Part shown: piece after piece, positions 12,913-28,149 of the stretch
Numbering within the stretch: position 1 is the first letter of the stretch
How the letters are laid out: each line of letters begins with the position of its first letter
Assembly (NCBI GenBank): GCA_951406725.2
Contig: OX597815.1
Span: 106,578,001-106,642,000, forward strand
DNA from: Octopus vulgaris
Taxonomy: Eukaryota
Length of the DNA: 64,000 nt
Direction: 5' to 3'
Program-made: the position numbers and the translations under genes
Notes under the pieces: generated by a model
Seen by the model: the letters and a program-made list of their open reading frames with translations, nothing else
What the model was told of the DNA's origin: nothing
The model's database searches: none

Positions 12913-14067
12913 ATACCCGCTTGAATCTATGCCAAAATATGGTTATGTATGATAACGTATATTTATGTATTGTTATATATTTTCTGAGATGTATTCATTC
13001 ACATATTTTTCTTTATTCATGTAAAGGATATATCCGTTGTCTTCACCTCTTATTAAATAATACAGAATTATGCTAATTTAAGGAATCTTTAGAAGTAGAA
13101 ATGTTATCAAATCAGTGCAGTGTACTGTGGATGAATAGCACTGAAAACATGTAAGAAGAAAAATCAGAAAGATAATGTTAATCGTTGAACCAGAGCTAAA
13201 AATGGTCTGTAGGTTTTCTGATAATAATGACTATTTCTTAACTTTGTTTTCCTATTTCCTTAACAATTTCTATTTTTGTGTATGCATTAACTTTATTTAG
13301 AATACATTTAATTTTATTTCCCGCGCATATTCACATATTTATCATATTTAATCCCATTCTTTCTCTAACAATACATAGCATGGTTAGCTATCCTCATTCC
13401 ATTTGCCTTATTTACATACCTTTTGACCACTTTTAACTTTGGCTCAATGATTGACATTATTTTGTTTAATTTTTCTCCTAATGTTTTCAATCCAATTCAT
13501 ATAGAGTAGACTTCATTAAGTTAATAATATTTGTATCGGTTCTAGAGTTTCACTAATTTAACATATCTCCCTAGTTCTTTACAATTTCCACAAGTTAGTT
13601 TTATCTGAATTCTATAGCACATAAATCTACTTATCCTTATTATCATAATTTTGTTTTATCAGTCAAATCATTAACCTTTGGAAATATACATATCTTAATA
13701 TAAAAATATTCCATCATTATAAACTTCCTTTCCGGTTTAACTTAAAATTGTGTCACTCTTAACATTAGAGTTGTTAGCAAACCTATCTATTGGTTTTATC
13801 CAAACACAGGATATAACGGTCCTAATTTCAAAATATTTTTCTCTCTTTTCTTTCCAAAAATTAGATGCATAACCGACTTATTCAAGGAACTTATCTAAAT
13901 ATAAAATTTAACTGTCGTATTTTCAAATTTTTCTCCAACTCTTTTACAAATTCCTACTTTTTCATTGTTCTTCATTACAACTTTTTACTTTCTTTTGATT
14001 CATCTTAGCGTATATATTAGCAACCAAATTTTCTCAATCAGGTCTGAAGAATTCAACAATAACAGTA

Positions 14068-14162
14068 TACATACATACATACATACATACATACATACAT
14101 ACATACATACATACATACATACATACATACATACATACATACATACAGATATACATACATAC
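14068..14162. repeat. (ATAC)n microsatellite
   Basis: Seen directly. Confidence 0.97.
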
Positions 14163-16207
14163 AGAATACGTCCCAACCAGTCTGGAATGCAGTATAGCTG
14201 AACTTGGGTTCTTGGTGGGAGAATGCAAAACTTTAATTCATACACTACAAATGATCACGATATTTGGGACTATTAAAATCTGAAAGATCTTCTTAAGGTT
14301 GATGAACAAAACAGTTGCAGGCTCAATAAATATCAAAATAAATTGAGGTCAAGAACGCTAATACGTTGAACTGTAAAGATGGTTTAGCAAAAAAGACTCT
14401 CGAAAAATGCTCGCTATACTTATTAAGATAACAGTTGAATATATGCATGTATTGATTTTAATATGTGGTCAGTGTTTAGTTTCGAGTGCACTTTTATGTT
14501 AATCAACATTATACACTCACTTATATGTGTGTGTGTGTATTGTTGACTATAGCATGCAGTTATAAAACCGGCGATACAACTGTCACTAGTTTTATAGCTG
14601 AGTGCACTGAAAAGTGGATTCAGGGAGTGCTGTGCAACACTTTGTCTACTCAAAACAAATTCTCACACCAGAACTTGTAGGACTTGTAGAAAGATTGCAC
14701 GAACTTACTGAGATTAGGAAGTGGTCTTACTCGGTCACGAGTTGGCTCACGCACGCACATTCACACATACATGCATATATATATGCACACATGCATACAT
14801 ACATACATTTTATTCTAAGATCTATACATATATAATGGGTTTGTGTGTGTGAGTTAAGATTATAAATTATGAAATGGAAACTCTTCTTTGATAGGAATAT
14901 TGCAATTTTGCAAATATAAGCTACAGTTATTTAATATTGTTTCATTCACTGAATTTCATATTTTATCAATTTTAATCAGCTTAAATATCAGTAATGTTTC
15001 TCTTATCTTCATTTTTTAAAGCAGAATTAGATTATTCTCATCTCTCAAGGTGTAATTCTTGATGAATTAATATTTCTTACAGTTTTTTTTTGTTTACTGT
15101 CTGTCTATTCTCTTCTGAAAGTATTGTTCTACGACGTATAACTAGGTTTAGCATGTAATTAACTAATTTTACTAGGAATATCTTTATTTGTGTGTGACTA
15201 TATTGGTATATAAATTTGTTTTATGAATACATGTTAGATATCCCTACTAGAAGGAGATATTTAATGTTTCCGATATATATGTGACTGATGTAAATTTGAA
15301 TCATCTATATTTGATAATGTGCCGTCTTTCTAATACCATCCTTTTTGAATTTACTTCGATTGAGACTGTCAGCAAGATACAAAAATAATGGAATTTAAAA
15401 ATATAGATAAAGCTGTCATAGTGATATAGTGATATGAAATTTGTATTGAAGCATACGTATGTGAATTTTATTAACTGAATCACCGTTCTTAAATGTCTTT
15501 TTATAAGAGATGAAAGCGGATTATGTAATAGTAAGTAGACCAGCAACATAAGTAAAAAGTAAAGTGTTCGATCGTTTTGTCGTCTCGGCAAGACTCACCT
15601 GAAGTTTACTTCTACTCTTTCAAGAGCGACACTTTTGATTAGTAACTTTGTCTCATAAACTAACGAGGAAGCTTCCATATGTATAGTGATCTATAAGAAC
15701 CACTATATTTATACTTAGGCGATTCTTCTATCACTAACTCGATAAGTATAGAGAAGTCTCCGTTTCACTGATAAAGTCACAATAAAACCGAAACATAACC
15801 AAACTTGTTTCCTGTACGTACCGAAATAATTGAAATGATATTAATCATTGAATAGATTTGTTTTTTTCCCCCTCTCTCAGCATAGTAATTTTTTGATAGC
15901 TTTTTAATACTTCCTGCATTAAATATGCAAACTTGACTACTGATATTAAAAAAAAAAAAGAAAACTGAAATTTTCAAAATTGATTGTCGTCTAATTTACA
16001 ATATCCAAGACATACAGCTACATTTAACATAAAATTGTGCATTAAAAACTTTTATTAAGCCTTTTATTAAGCTGAAAGCTATTTATCTCATTATTTATAC
16101 AACAGCAGAATTTTTTTTCTGTCACTAACGACGTGCGTTTCTGTGATACAAATAATGATAGTAGTAGTAGCAGTAGTAGTAGTAATAATAATAACAACAA
16201 CAACAAC

Positions 16208-16239
<32 letters not shown>

Positions 16240-16265
16240 CAAAAACAACAACAACAATAATAATA

Positions 16266-17085
16266 GCAAGAAAACCTCTCAATGGCAAATACCCAAAGAG
16301 AGCTTATAGTGCCGATGTTGACAAAGCCCTTACCCAACAATAGTTAGTATCTTCTGGTTTAAAATTTGAAACAGAAGGGTTTATATTAGCAGCCCAAGAT
16401 CAATGCCTACCTACAAGGAACTACCAGGCCAACATATTAAAGAACGGCAGTAGCCCAACATGTCGTGTATGTAAACAACAACATGAAACCATTGATCTTG
16501 TTTCTATGTGCAGTCTGACGCCTACAGAGTATCTCAACAGGCATGACAGAGCAGCACAGTATATTCACTGGGTAATTTGCTAAAATCTGGACCTTCCCCA
16601 TGATAAAACTGGTGAGAACACAAACCATCTCCAGTGCTTGAAAATGATCACATCTCACTCCTCAGGAACTTTACCGTTCAAACTGACAGAAAGATAGGCC
16701 AGACATCACATTGAAAGACTCCAGACAAAAATCTTGCCTCCTCATTGATATGACTGTCCCAATCGACATAAATGTATCTGTCAGGACCTACCAAAAATTG
16801 AGCAAGTATAAAGCAAGTATAAAGATCTTGAAATTGGCAAAATGTGGAACCTCAAGACTAAAACAATTCCTGTTGTAATAGGTGCCCTAGGAATGATAGC
16901 AAAAGGGGCTGATTCCTACCTAGACCAAATACCCGGAAAACCCCAAATGGCAGAAATTAAAAAGATAGTGCTCATGGGAACTGCCCATATCCTACGTAAA
17001 ATACTATGTAATCTCAAATTTTAAAACAAACTTATAATTTTCTTATGTTTTTTTAAACATTCTCTAGAACAATACTATGCTTCAT
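16266..17085 (+). mobile_element. 5'-truncated R4/Dong-like LINE (C-terminal CCHC + restriction-like endonuclease)
   Basis: KPLNGKY..SGLKFETEGFILAAQDQ..CRVC..RHD..PDI..LIDMTVP..KYKDLE..PVVIGALG; starts right after an (AAT/AAC)n tract. Confidence 0.9.
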
Positions 17086-17087
17086 TA

Positions 17088-17908
17088 GTTATTGACAGTA
17101 AACATCTGAATTGATCGTTTGGTTCTTTGGAAGCAGCTCAAAATACACAACACCAAATAATCCCACCAAATTGACAGCATGACCTTTTTTTTTATTCATT
17201 TCAGCTTTCGATGTGGTTTGTGTTGGTTTATGCTTGGACCATGATCGTTTTGAATTGATGTTATTGTAGACAATCGATTTCACATTACCAGTTATGATTC
17301 GTTTTAAAAAAAGGTCGATTTCATTGCGTTTGAGATGCATATCACAAATATTGAATCTCTTTCAATTCATGAGGAACCCAAATTTCGAGTTTCTTAACAA
17401 ATCCAAGATATTTTAAGTGATTTTCAATTGTTGTATGTGATACATTCAATCTATCTGCAATCTCTCGCACAGTTATATGACAATCAGATTCAATTATAGC
17501 TTTGATTCGGTCATCATCAACTTTAGTAGGTCGACCAGAACGTTGGTCAACTTTGAGTGAAAAATCTTCAGAACGGAATTTTAAAAACTATTTCTGACAT
17601 GTGCGTTCTGCTAAGTAATCAACACCATAAACTTCACATATCTTTTTGTGAGCCTCACATCTTCTTTCTTGCTTTTACGGAAATAAAAAAGCAAAATATG
17701 GCTAAAATGTTTGTTTTTGTAATCCATGTTTAAAATGACACTGAACTAACACCTGTAAACAAAATTACGCACTATTTGCTTCTAAAGTAAGCTAAAAGTA
17801 ACGGCTATCAAATGTCAAAAGGAAAAAATCATAACATTTACAAAAGTCATTCAAAAAAATCGTAACTCTATTTGCGAAAAGCGAAATTACTTTCTTGCCA
17901 ACCTAGTA
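17088..17908 (-). mobile_element. 3'-truncated mariner transposon
   Basis: TA + TIR ctaggttggcaagaaagtaattt at 17884-17908; ATG at 17727; RSGRP, WVPHEL, RIITG.KSIVYNN, WWD..GVVYFELL..NQTINSDVYCQ. Confidence 0.92.
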
Positions 17909-19182
17909 TGCACACACACACGCGCGCGCGCACACACACGCACGCGCACACATACGCGCGCACACACATGCGCGCACACACACACACGCATATCAAAATA
18001 AGCAACAAGGAAATCCAGAGGTACTGCAGTACGATCATTTCATGCAACTCCATTTAATTGAACAATGCAATCATTACATCAATTTAAAATGCAGAGTAAT
18101 CCTCAGCTGCACAAAGACATAGAATTTAATTAAATTAGAACAGATGGACACATTAGTATAATTATACCTAAAATCTCCAAGAAGTTGAGGAGATAGACAA
18201 AGAACAAGCTGTCTCCACTCCTCATAGAAGTTACTAAGTTATCAAGAAGATATACACTGTTACAGACTCTGTCACTGATGTTTTTGTTTTTATGGGGTCA
18301 GTTTTAATTTATAGACTAGTTTATCAAATTCTTGTATTTCTAAGGCTGAGAGAACAGAGGGCAGTATCTGTTAGGGGTAGGGCTGAGGGAGCAGACAGAC
18401 ATCATAGTTAGTATAGTCATAAAAATCAAGATTTTTTAGAAGCAATATCATGAGGTTTGGTAAAACTTAAAACAAGATGTTAGATGACAAAACATATATA
18501 TCATACATTCACGTGCGCACACAAACACTTCATACGTCATTTGTATTTGTTTTATAAGATTCTTGATGTGAAATCTTGTGTTGAAACGATATTGTACTGT
18601 ATGTTGTCAATATATGACTAAAAATATGAGTATTAGTTGCATCTAGCGTTTGCTTATTATCAATTATATAATTAGTTAATTAACTAATTCGTGTATCAAA
18701 CTCTTTCGTCACAGTTTTGTGACCTTTTCACTGATTTCCCAAGATTGCACTAGTTCTGTATTAGCTTTGTTAAATGGAAATTTGTCTTCCTGCTCCTGGT
18801 ATTTATGTGTTTTTGTACAGTATATACTGTGCATAATATGACAGTGTATCTATGTGCGTGAGCGAGTTTTTATTGTTAGTTTTCGATTCAGCTTTGGTTT
18901 TTGTTTTCATTAATGTATTAGAGCAAATATAATATATATGATATAGTATAACAAATAAACACACACACATACTCACGCACTGGGTTCTCTGATGGGAACC
19001 CAATAAGGTTCGAAAATCGATGAAGGCTCTTCATCACTTTTTCAATCTACAAAGTAGATAAATTAGTCCTGTTTTTATATCTACATATGCGTGTGTGCGT
19101 ATTTGTGTATATATATATATACACACACGAGTAAGTACATAAATGCGGAACAAGGTGGAAAAATAATACTCGAATACCGGAG

Positions 19183-19475
19183 ACCAATATTATCTACTAT
19201 ATCTCCTGCTCTCTCTGCCCTTCTCTATACATCGGGTAAACGAGACACCGCTTGGCTGACCGGTTCGCAGAACACCTCCGAGACATTCGACTCGCCAATG
19301 ACACTTCGGTCTCGTGCCATTTCCGCTCTACCGGTCACTGCAACACCTGTCTGTGCTTGGAGTGTTCTTGCATAGGGGTCATCCGGGCTCCTGTTTTCGC
19401 CGTGAACATGGATTAATCTTCTCTCTTCGCTACTTTGCGCCACATGGGCTAAACTCTCCTCCTCTCTTCCTCTAA
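19183..19475 (+). pseudogene. Penelope-like GIY-YIG endonuclease C-terminus
   Basis: TNIIYYISCSLCPSLYIG*TRHRLADRFAEHLRDIR..VSCHF..GH then, after a frameshift, RREHGLIFSLRYFAPHGLN; not in the ORF track because of the stop at 19237. Confidence 0.88.
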
Positions 19476-20391
<916 letters not shown>

Positions 20392-20442
20392 CATACATAT
20401 ATATATATTTATATATATTTATATATATTTATATATATATGT

Positions 20443-20767
20443 AAAGGGTAAAGACCCCCTTCGGTCATGAATGACCATGGGATTGCACCTAGAAAGTTAC
20501 CCTCCTAGACACAAGTCCGGGCAAGGTTGTTTATGGAAGGCTAGCAGTCGCCCATGCATACCAGCCTCCCCTCTCCACGCCACCAGTGTTATCCAAGGGA
20601 AAGACAAAGGTCGATACAGCTTGGCACCTGTGACGTCGCAACTCATTTCTACAGCTGAGTGAACTGGAGCAACGTGAAATAAAGTGCCTTGCTCGAGAAC
20701 ACAACACGCAGCCCGGTCCGGGATTCGAGCTCACAACCTCACGATCGTAAGCTCGACGCTCTAACCA
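20443..20767 (-). mobile_element. CORE-SINE, well preserved, within a (TA)n tract
   Basis: Minus strand: B box gttcgaatccc then tgtgttctcgagcaaggcactttatttcacgttgctccagttcactcagctgtagaaatgag. Confidence 0.88.
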
Positions 20768-20914
20768 TATATATATGTATATATATATGTATATATATAT
20801 GTATATATATATCACTGTATCGATCAGGCTATGAGATGTTATACACTACTGATCGCAACGCGCCTCTTTGCTTTGTTTTACCTTTGTAAAATGATGCCAA
20901 CGCACAGGCCGATA

Positions 20915-21082
20915 TTGCCCATGAATGGAATGCCAGTCCGTCGCAGGGTTCCCATTTACAGCTGAGTTGAGTGAAACAACGTTAGAAGAAATGTTTTGCT
21001 AACAATGTATCGCCTGCCTGGGAATCGAAACCACGATCTTGCGATTGGGTGTGCAACACTCTAATGATTTAGCCACGCCCCT
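20915..21082 (-). mobile_element. Degraded tRNA/CORE SINE
   Basis: gggcgtggctaaatcattagagtgttg..gtttcgattcccagg head; actcagctgtaaatggg core remnant. Confidence 0.65.
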
Positions 21083-21603
21083 GCCCGCCACCACACACCA
21101 CGCATACACACATGCATATATGAGGGCGGGGAAAATTATGATTGTATATGTTAAGGCTTACTGAAAATTTGGAAGCGCAAACTGAATGCTCCAAGATTGA
21201 CAGCATTTTTAAATCTTAAACTGGCACTGAGATTTATATATCATATGAGCAAGGGTCTTTCAGCAGTTAATAAACTATTTACGTGCCTTTATAGCCATAC
21301 AGTACATACAGCCACCACACACGCGTAATGTGATGAATATTTCAGAAAGAGATGTTAAAGTGTTATTTTCAGCTGATGAACTCAGTGCGATTCTTCATAC
21401 AGAGGGCGAAATCAATTTGAACCTGAGATATACACATTCCTTACTTTTGTATTCCACGCAAGGTAAGACTGTTTCTGTTATGTTCATTGTATTGAATGTG
21501 TGTATGGTTTTGGAGCGATGGCTTTGTTTATTGCAAATGGTATTTATATACCCTATTGAATCTGAATTTATATTTATATAGAAGCTGCTCATAGGATATA
21601 AGC

Positions 21604-21970
21604 AATATCGAACACACATACACAAGATATGTATTTTGCTAGTTCATGGGTAGGCTGCATTTGTAGGCATAAGAGAATATATTCTCATCAATGCGCATCG
21701 TGTTAAAACACCTGGGAGTCATAGATAAGCGAGTTAACATGCGTCAAGTCCCGTACGTTCGGATACGCAGGACTGACAAGTTACAAAAATGATGACTCAT
21801 TGCTGTCTATCGCTCCTGAATGGGATCTGATGCGAGTTTCCTCGCTTGTCTATGACTTCCAGATGTTTTAACACCAGGAGCATTAATAAGAATATATTAT
21901 CTTACGCATCTAAGCGCAGCCTACCCACAAACTAGCAAAACACATACCTTGTGTATGTGTGTTCGATATT
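21604..21970. mobile_element. Fold-back MITE with ~150-bp imperfect terminal inverted repeats
   Basis: aatatcgaacacacatacacaag... mirrored by ...cttgtgtatgtgtgttcgatatt; arms align inward through gtcatagataagcgag / ctcgcttgtctatgac. Confidence 0.85.
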
Positions 21971-21999
21971 TTATATATATATTGTTTCTATAAAAATAA

Positions 22000-22562
<563 letters not shown>

Positions 22563-23342
22563 GCACACACTCACACACACACATATGCATCTCATGTGCA
22601 TGTATATATATGTATATATATGTGTGTGTGTGTATCTATATTTATGTGGAACCCCCTCTTAGCCACTATTGCTCCTAGGTCTACTCTGACTCGGATTAGT
22701 AGCTCCTGTTAGGGTCCCGGTAACGGATCAACTAGTATGTGAACTATTTTGCTGTTTTGTCAAGAGGCTGGTATACCGAGTTGTACAACAGTCGCCATTT
22801 TTTTCTCACCAACACATACTTACTGTTAGCCTGTCTGGCAATGCTACCGACTAGTTGTGGTTGTATGATATCTTACTGTTTTGTTTCATTCTTTCATATC
22901 GGTAGTCATTGGTGGAAAGAATACAAAAAGTGTTATGAAGGACTTTGATAAACCAATTAATTGATTAATTAACGAACTACTTAGTTGACTGGTAATAAAG
23001 CAGAGATAACCTACATCCGGCGTATTTTTATTTGCAGAATTAGTTTTACTTACGTTTCATTGATAACCATCTTTACCATCTAACCATTTACACACACATT
23101 ATGCATACATTTTGTTTCCTTATGTTTCCTGCATTACTTTTCTCTAGGGACTTAACTCTTAACGTTAACTCACATCTATTATGTATCCACCATTATAGTT
23201 TTATATTACAGTTTCTTTTGTCTTAATTTTGCTTCTGTTTTTCAATTTCTTTTACTTTTTACTCCAATCCATTCCTCCTAACAGCCACTGGGCAGATCCC
23301 GACGTCTGGTTACGTATCATATATGTGTGTGCGTATGGGTGA

Positions 23343-23399
<57 letters not shown>

Positions 23400-23400
<1 letters not shown>

Positions 23401-23552
23401 TATTTTCTCTCCGTTTTTTTCCTCTTCATGCTTTTTGTCGAAGAGCGTAGGCTTGAAACGTCAAAGACTTTTCCATTCTTACCGAGCGTTAAACTAATAC
23501 ACCTGCTTGTTGTTCCTTCACCTATCTTTGTCTTCTGTTTTCTGTAAATTTG

Positions 23553-23560
<8 letters not shown>
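23400..23560 (+). mobile_element. PLE pseudo-LTR end with hammerhead-like motif (23431-23466)
   Basis: cuuu-UUGUCGA-A-GAGC guag GCUU-GAAA-CG-UC-aaag; homologous to 20090-20250. Confidence 0.7.
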
Positions 23561-23600
<40 letters not shown>

Positions 23601-23707
23601 TGTTACATTCACAAAATTTTATTTGATAAGTTCGAGAAACGAACGAAAGCGCTAATAATAATAAAGAAATAAAAAGATTTTTTCCAAAATTCTGACGATT
23701 TTTTCTT

Positions 23708-23748
<41 letters not shown>

Positions 23749-24541
23749 ATATATATATATATATATACCCACAACCACACTCATATCCTCACCATGCAGC
23801 AGGGGATCTCAATCCATTGACAACAAGGATTCATTTGTTCGGTCAACTGATTAATCTACTCCCGATTAACGTGTGAGCAGCTGTGCATTCCACAGCCACA
23901 CGTGTTTTTAACGGAATTCTGGGGCTGAATCAGCGTTGCACTGTGTATGATAAGGCCCTACCTATTGAATTACAAGTACAATCCACCCGATGGGCTTGTA
24001 TATTGTTCCCTCTACCAAATTTTGCTCACAAAATATGGGTTGACCCTAGATTATCGAAAATGACATTCTCCGAAGATGCCACACAGTGTAATCGAACTCG
24101 GGACGGCGTGGTTGCGAAGTAAACTTCTTACCCATTCGGTAATACTGCGTTCCCTCCCCGAGACACAGAAATACAAACGCAGGCACAAACACACACGCGT
24201 GCGTGCATGTTTTGCGTACTCATGTTTTTATTTTTATTGGATTATCGGTTTTTCTAATACAACAGGTCTGAGAACTCCAAAAGAAAAAGGTAACAATAAG
24301 AGATTTTTGAGAGTTCTAAAGTAATTTAACAATCAAATCACGTGAGCTGTTTAGTTTATTATTAAGGTATGTTGGTAATATATATTTTAATGTAAATTGT
24401 TGATAATTCAATACGATATGAAAATTAATTGATTTGAACAACAGCTGCAAAAATGGTAAAGAGTAGCTTTCTAAATAAAAGAATTTAAAAACTATTGAAA
24501 TATTTGCAAATTAATCTTGTTGATATTATCAATTCATTGTA

Positions 24542-24757
24542 GGTGGCGAGCTGGCAGAATCGTTATCGCGTTGGAAAAATGCTTAGCGGCATTTCTTCCA
24601 ACTTAACAGTTCTGAATTCAAATGTCGTTGGGATCGAATTCGCTTTTATCTTTTCGCGGCCGATAAAATAAGTACCAGTTGAACTATGGGGTCACTTCAA
24701 TCGACTTATCTCCTCAACCGAAATTGATGGCCTTGTGCCAAAATTTGGAACCAATAT
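24542..24757 (+). mobile_element. SINE family A, full length, diverged
   Basis: ggtggcgagctggcagaatcgtta head to gccttgtgccaaaatttggaacc tail. Confidence 0.85.
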
Positions 24758-26922
24758 TATCAGTTAATCAAGTTGTGAGAAGTAGATGACGTCAAAGTCT
24801 TTCATAAATAACCAATCATAATTGTCGGCTTAAATTCTCTCTATGAATGCTTCAACTTCGAATTCTAAAGGTGTTTTATGTTTCATCGAGGCGATGTATG
24901 GTTGTTTATTCTGTTTCCGTTAGTCGATTTGAAAATTAACTGAAGCTGGCAATTTAACAAGCAAATAAAATATGATGGAATCATTTATACTTATATCTAA
25001 ACTTAAATATTCATAGTACACATATGAACTTTAGTATCCTAGAGTGTTTAAAAGATATTTGTCTTTTTACTTGTGTTGCTTCATTTCAACACAACACAAT
25101 TTTTGCTATACATACAACGTGTTTACTTAGCAAAACTTTTATGTTGTTCTTATTAAATGCTACAAGCAGGAAAATGTGCGTGCTTTTGATGAATAAGACG
25201 AATCAACATGAAATATTTCAACGGAAAGAACTGAGATTCGTAGGGGTAAATTTTGTAAATATTGTCAAAAGAAATACTAAAAAAAAAAAGCAACAACAAT
25301 ATCTTACAAAAAAGAGTAGCGAAAAAAATATAAGCTTTGATTTTGTAATCTTTTAAACTAATAACGCTTCTTATGGAGTAAGGCGGTGAATTGACAGAGT
25401 TGTTAGAGCGCCGGAGAGAATTGATATGCTGCGTTCTTTCTGGCTCTCACGCACATGGGTCAACTTTAAATTTCATCCTTTCGGAGTCAATAAAAAAGAA
25501 AAGCATCTGTACTGAGGTCGATTCTTCTCACCCTCTCTTCTTACATTGTTTTGTAATTACACATTATATATATATATATATATGAGAAAAGTAATACAGT
25601 AAATATAAGGAAACACTAAGGTCTCTGTTATTCAAAATGGTGGAATACATACAGACGCTCACACATACATATATTAAATCTATATATGCACAAAACATAT
25701 GTGATTGTGCTGAGAGGGTACGTTTGTAGGAAGTAGAGTTTGCAAAACTTTAATTTTAGGTTTAAAGGAATTACACCTCGCTAGGCTCTTGTAACTAAGA
25801 GCGAAAATAGATTGTGTGAAGCTAGCTTACCGCCAGCTTACTATATGAACAGGAAATCATCAAAGGTGGTACAACGATCCATTAAATGTAATGGGACTTG
25901 ATTATTTTCTTGCGAAATTTCATTAAAGAAAACCGATATCGAGTAAAAATTGTGAAAGTGATACATCGAATATTCAGATGATTTATAGTTAGTTTGCAGG
26001 ATTTATGAATAATTTATGTATCTTTTAATTACATAATTAATTATCTTGATGGATGAAATCTCTAAGCATTTAATTTTATTTCTGTTTCTTTAACTGATGC
26101 AAATCTTTAATATTGATTCATACATTGGCATATACGATTAAATATTTAGGAATGACGACATTAGATAGTCACGTCTATGTCTTCCTGAATGCTCAGAAGG
26201 ATGCAAATCATGTGAAATAATGAAAAATAAAAGCAGAAACTTTTTACTAACTTTACTTGATGTCATACTCAAATTAATCATCGATGCTTTGGTTTTGTGG
26301 AACCTGGATTTAGATATGTGGAGATGCTATAGGGTTTTCATTTGAATGTCTTAACAGAATCTCAGTGTAGGGCACCTTTACCAACATATTCGGACAATTA
26401 TCTATTTTCTAATATCACGATAGTCATGGTCTTAAGCTAGTAACGCACGAGCGAAGGAGATTAATAATTATTTCTTTGAAACAGTCGGACAAAACCCAAG
26501 TGAATATCAGCAAAAATATTGTATGATTTGCAACAACTCCGGATAACGAATGCTTTCCTTTATATCTTCCGGCTCATTACGTTCTTAAGTTCGAATTTTA
26601 CCGAGGCTAACTTTGCCTTTCATTTTTCAGGTTCGGTAAAATAAAGTATCAATAAAGTGCTGAATTGATGGTGTCGACGAAGTCCTCGCCTCAAAATCGT
26701 TGGCCCTGTGTGTAAAGAAGAAGCTATTATTTACTAAGATCCATAATTCTGTCAGGAAACGAATCTAGTGGTGATAGTTTATATATTGTTTATATATTGA
26801 TTATATATGGATTATATATAGGTTATATACGGATTATATATTTATATTTTTTCATTCATACTTTAATTATTTTAAAATTATTATTTTTATATTTTAAAAT
26901 ATTGATATTTTAGATTGGAAGT

Positions 26923-26965
26923 CCACCTGAAGATTGTCGATCAAGACAAGAAACAATTGTAGTGG
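26923..26965 (+). ncRNA. Minimal type-I hammerhead ribozyme, canonical core
   Basis: ccac-CUGAAGA-UUGUC gaucaa GACAA-GAAA-CAAUUG-UA-gugg; all core nucleotides present, palindromic stem III ACAAUUGU, GUA triplet. Confidence 0.82.
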
Positions 26966-27052
26966 CGGTTTTTTTGACTATTTATTAAAATTTTATGTAT
27001 TGATTAAGTCTTTCCTTGTTTGTTTTGCAAAATAGTGGTTTTGTCTCTAATA

Positions 27053-27146
<94 letters not shown>

Positions 27147-27164
27147 CATATATATATATATACA

Positions 27165-27209
<45 letters not shown>

Positions 27210-27343
27210 TATGTGTATACACATACGTATAATTATATATATGTATACGCATATATTTAATATATATACATATACATATACATATATACATATATATGCA
27301 TGTATATGTACATACGTATAGTTATATATGTATATGTATCTCC

Positions 27344-27403
<60 letters not shown>

Positions 27404-27572
27404 TACACCGTATCTCGCGATGGCTATACACATCAGTGAACAAACGGTTTTTTTCAAAGTTCATCAAGTTACAGATACTGTCTTGACATTGTCATACTTA
27501 GAATTGGCGTGAAGGTATGATCGATCGGTTAGAAACCTGTAACTAACGACGCTGTTATTCATAAATTGCAAC

Positions 27573-27609
<37 letters not shown>

Positions 27610-27677
27610 TATGACCGGACATATATTTAACTGCATGTAAATACATTACGGCCTTATCCTTATACGACCCAGTGACG

Positions 27678-27712
<35 letters not shown>

Positions 27713-27714
27713 AA

Positions 27715-27995
27715 TGGAGGCGCAATGGCCGAGTGGTTAGGGCAGCGGAGTCGTAGGATCGCGGTTTCGATTCCCAGACCGGGCGTTGTGAGTGTTTATT
27801 GAGCGAAAACACCTAAAGCTCCACGAAGCTCCGGCAGAGGATGGTGGCGATCCCTGCTGTACTCTTTCGCCGCAACTTTCTCTCACTCTTTCTTCTGTTG
27901 GCATGCTCGCTTAGCCAGCTGGGGTGGCGTCATTTGAAAAGCTAGAACAGTGCGAAGCGCATTGTGACCAGCGATGTGTAGCGACATCTGGTCGT
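27715..27995 (+). mobile_element. tRNA-derived SINE (family D)
   Basis: ggaggcgcaatggccgagtggttagg (A box) ... ggtttcgattccc (B box) followed by a non-tRNA body. Confidence 0.85.
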
Positions 27996-28047
27996 TTATC
28001 ACTCTCAGATATAGGTGCACAATATTTGAGGCATAATACCAAATTCA

Positions 28048-28093
<46 letters not shown>

Positions 28094-28149
28094 TGAATTT
28101 GGTATTATGCCTCAAATATTGTGCCATCCATATCTGAGAGTGATAAACG
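27993..28149. repeat. Inverted repeat (~58-bp arms) centred on (TA)n
   Basis: cgtttatcactctcagatat..ccaaattcagtg-(TA)n-cactgaatttgg..atatctgagagtgataaacg. Confidence 0.9.

Noticed and set aside
13150-14000. Minus-strand purine-rich stretch with CGNCKELG, suggestive of a LINE ORF1 zinc knuckle
   Set aside because: His and last Cys missing and frames full of stops; cannot be supported by eye.
25771-25822. Hairpin GCUCUU/AAGAGC followed by GAAA
   Set aside because: No recognisable hammerhead core upstream and G at the cleavage position.
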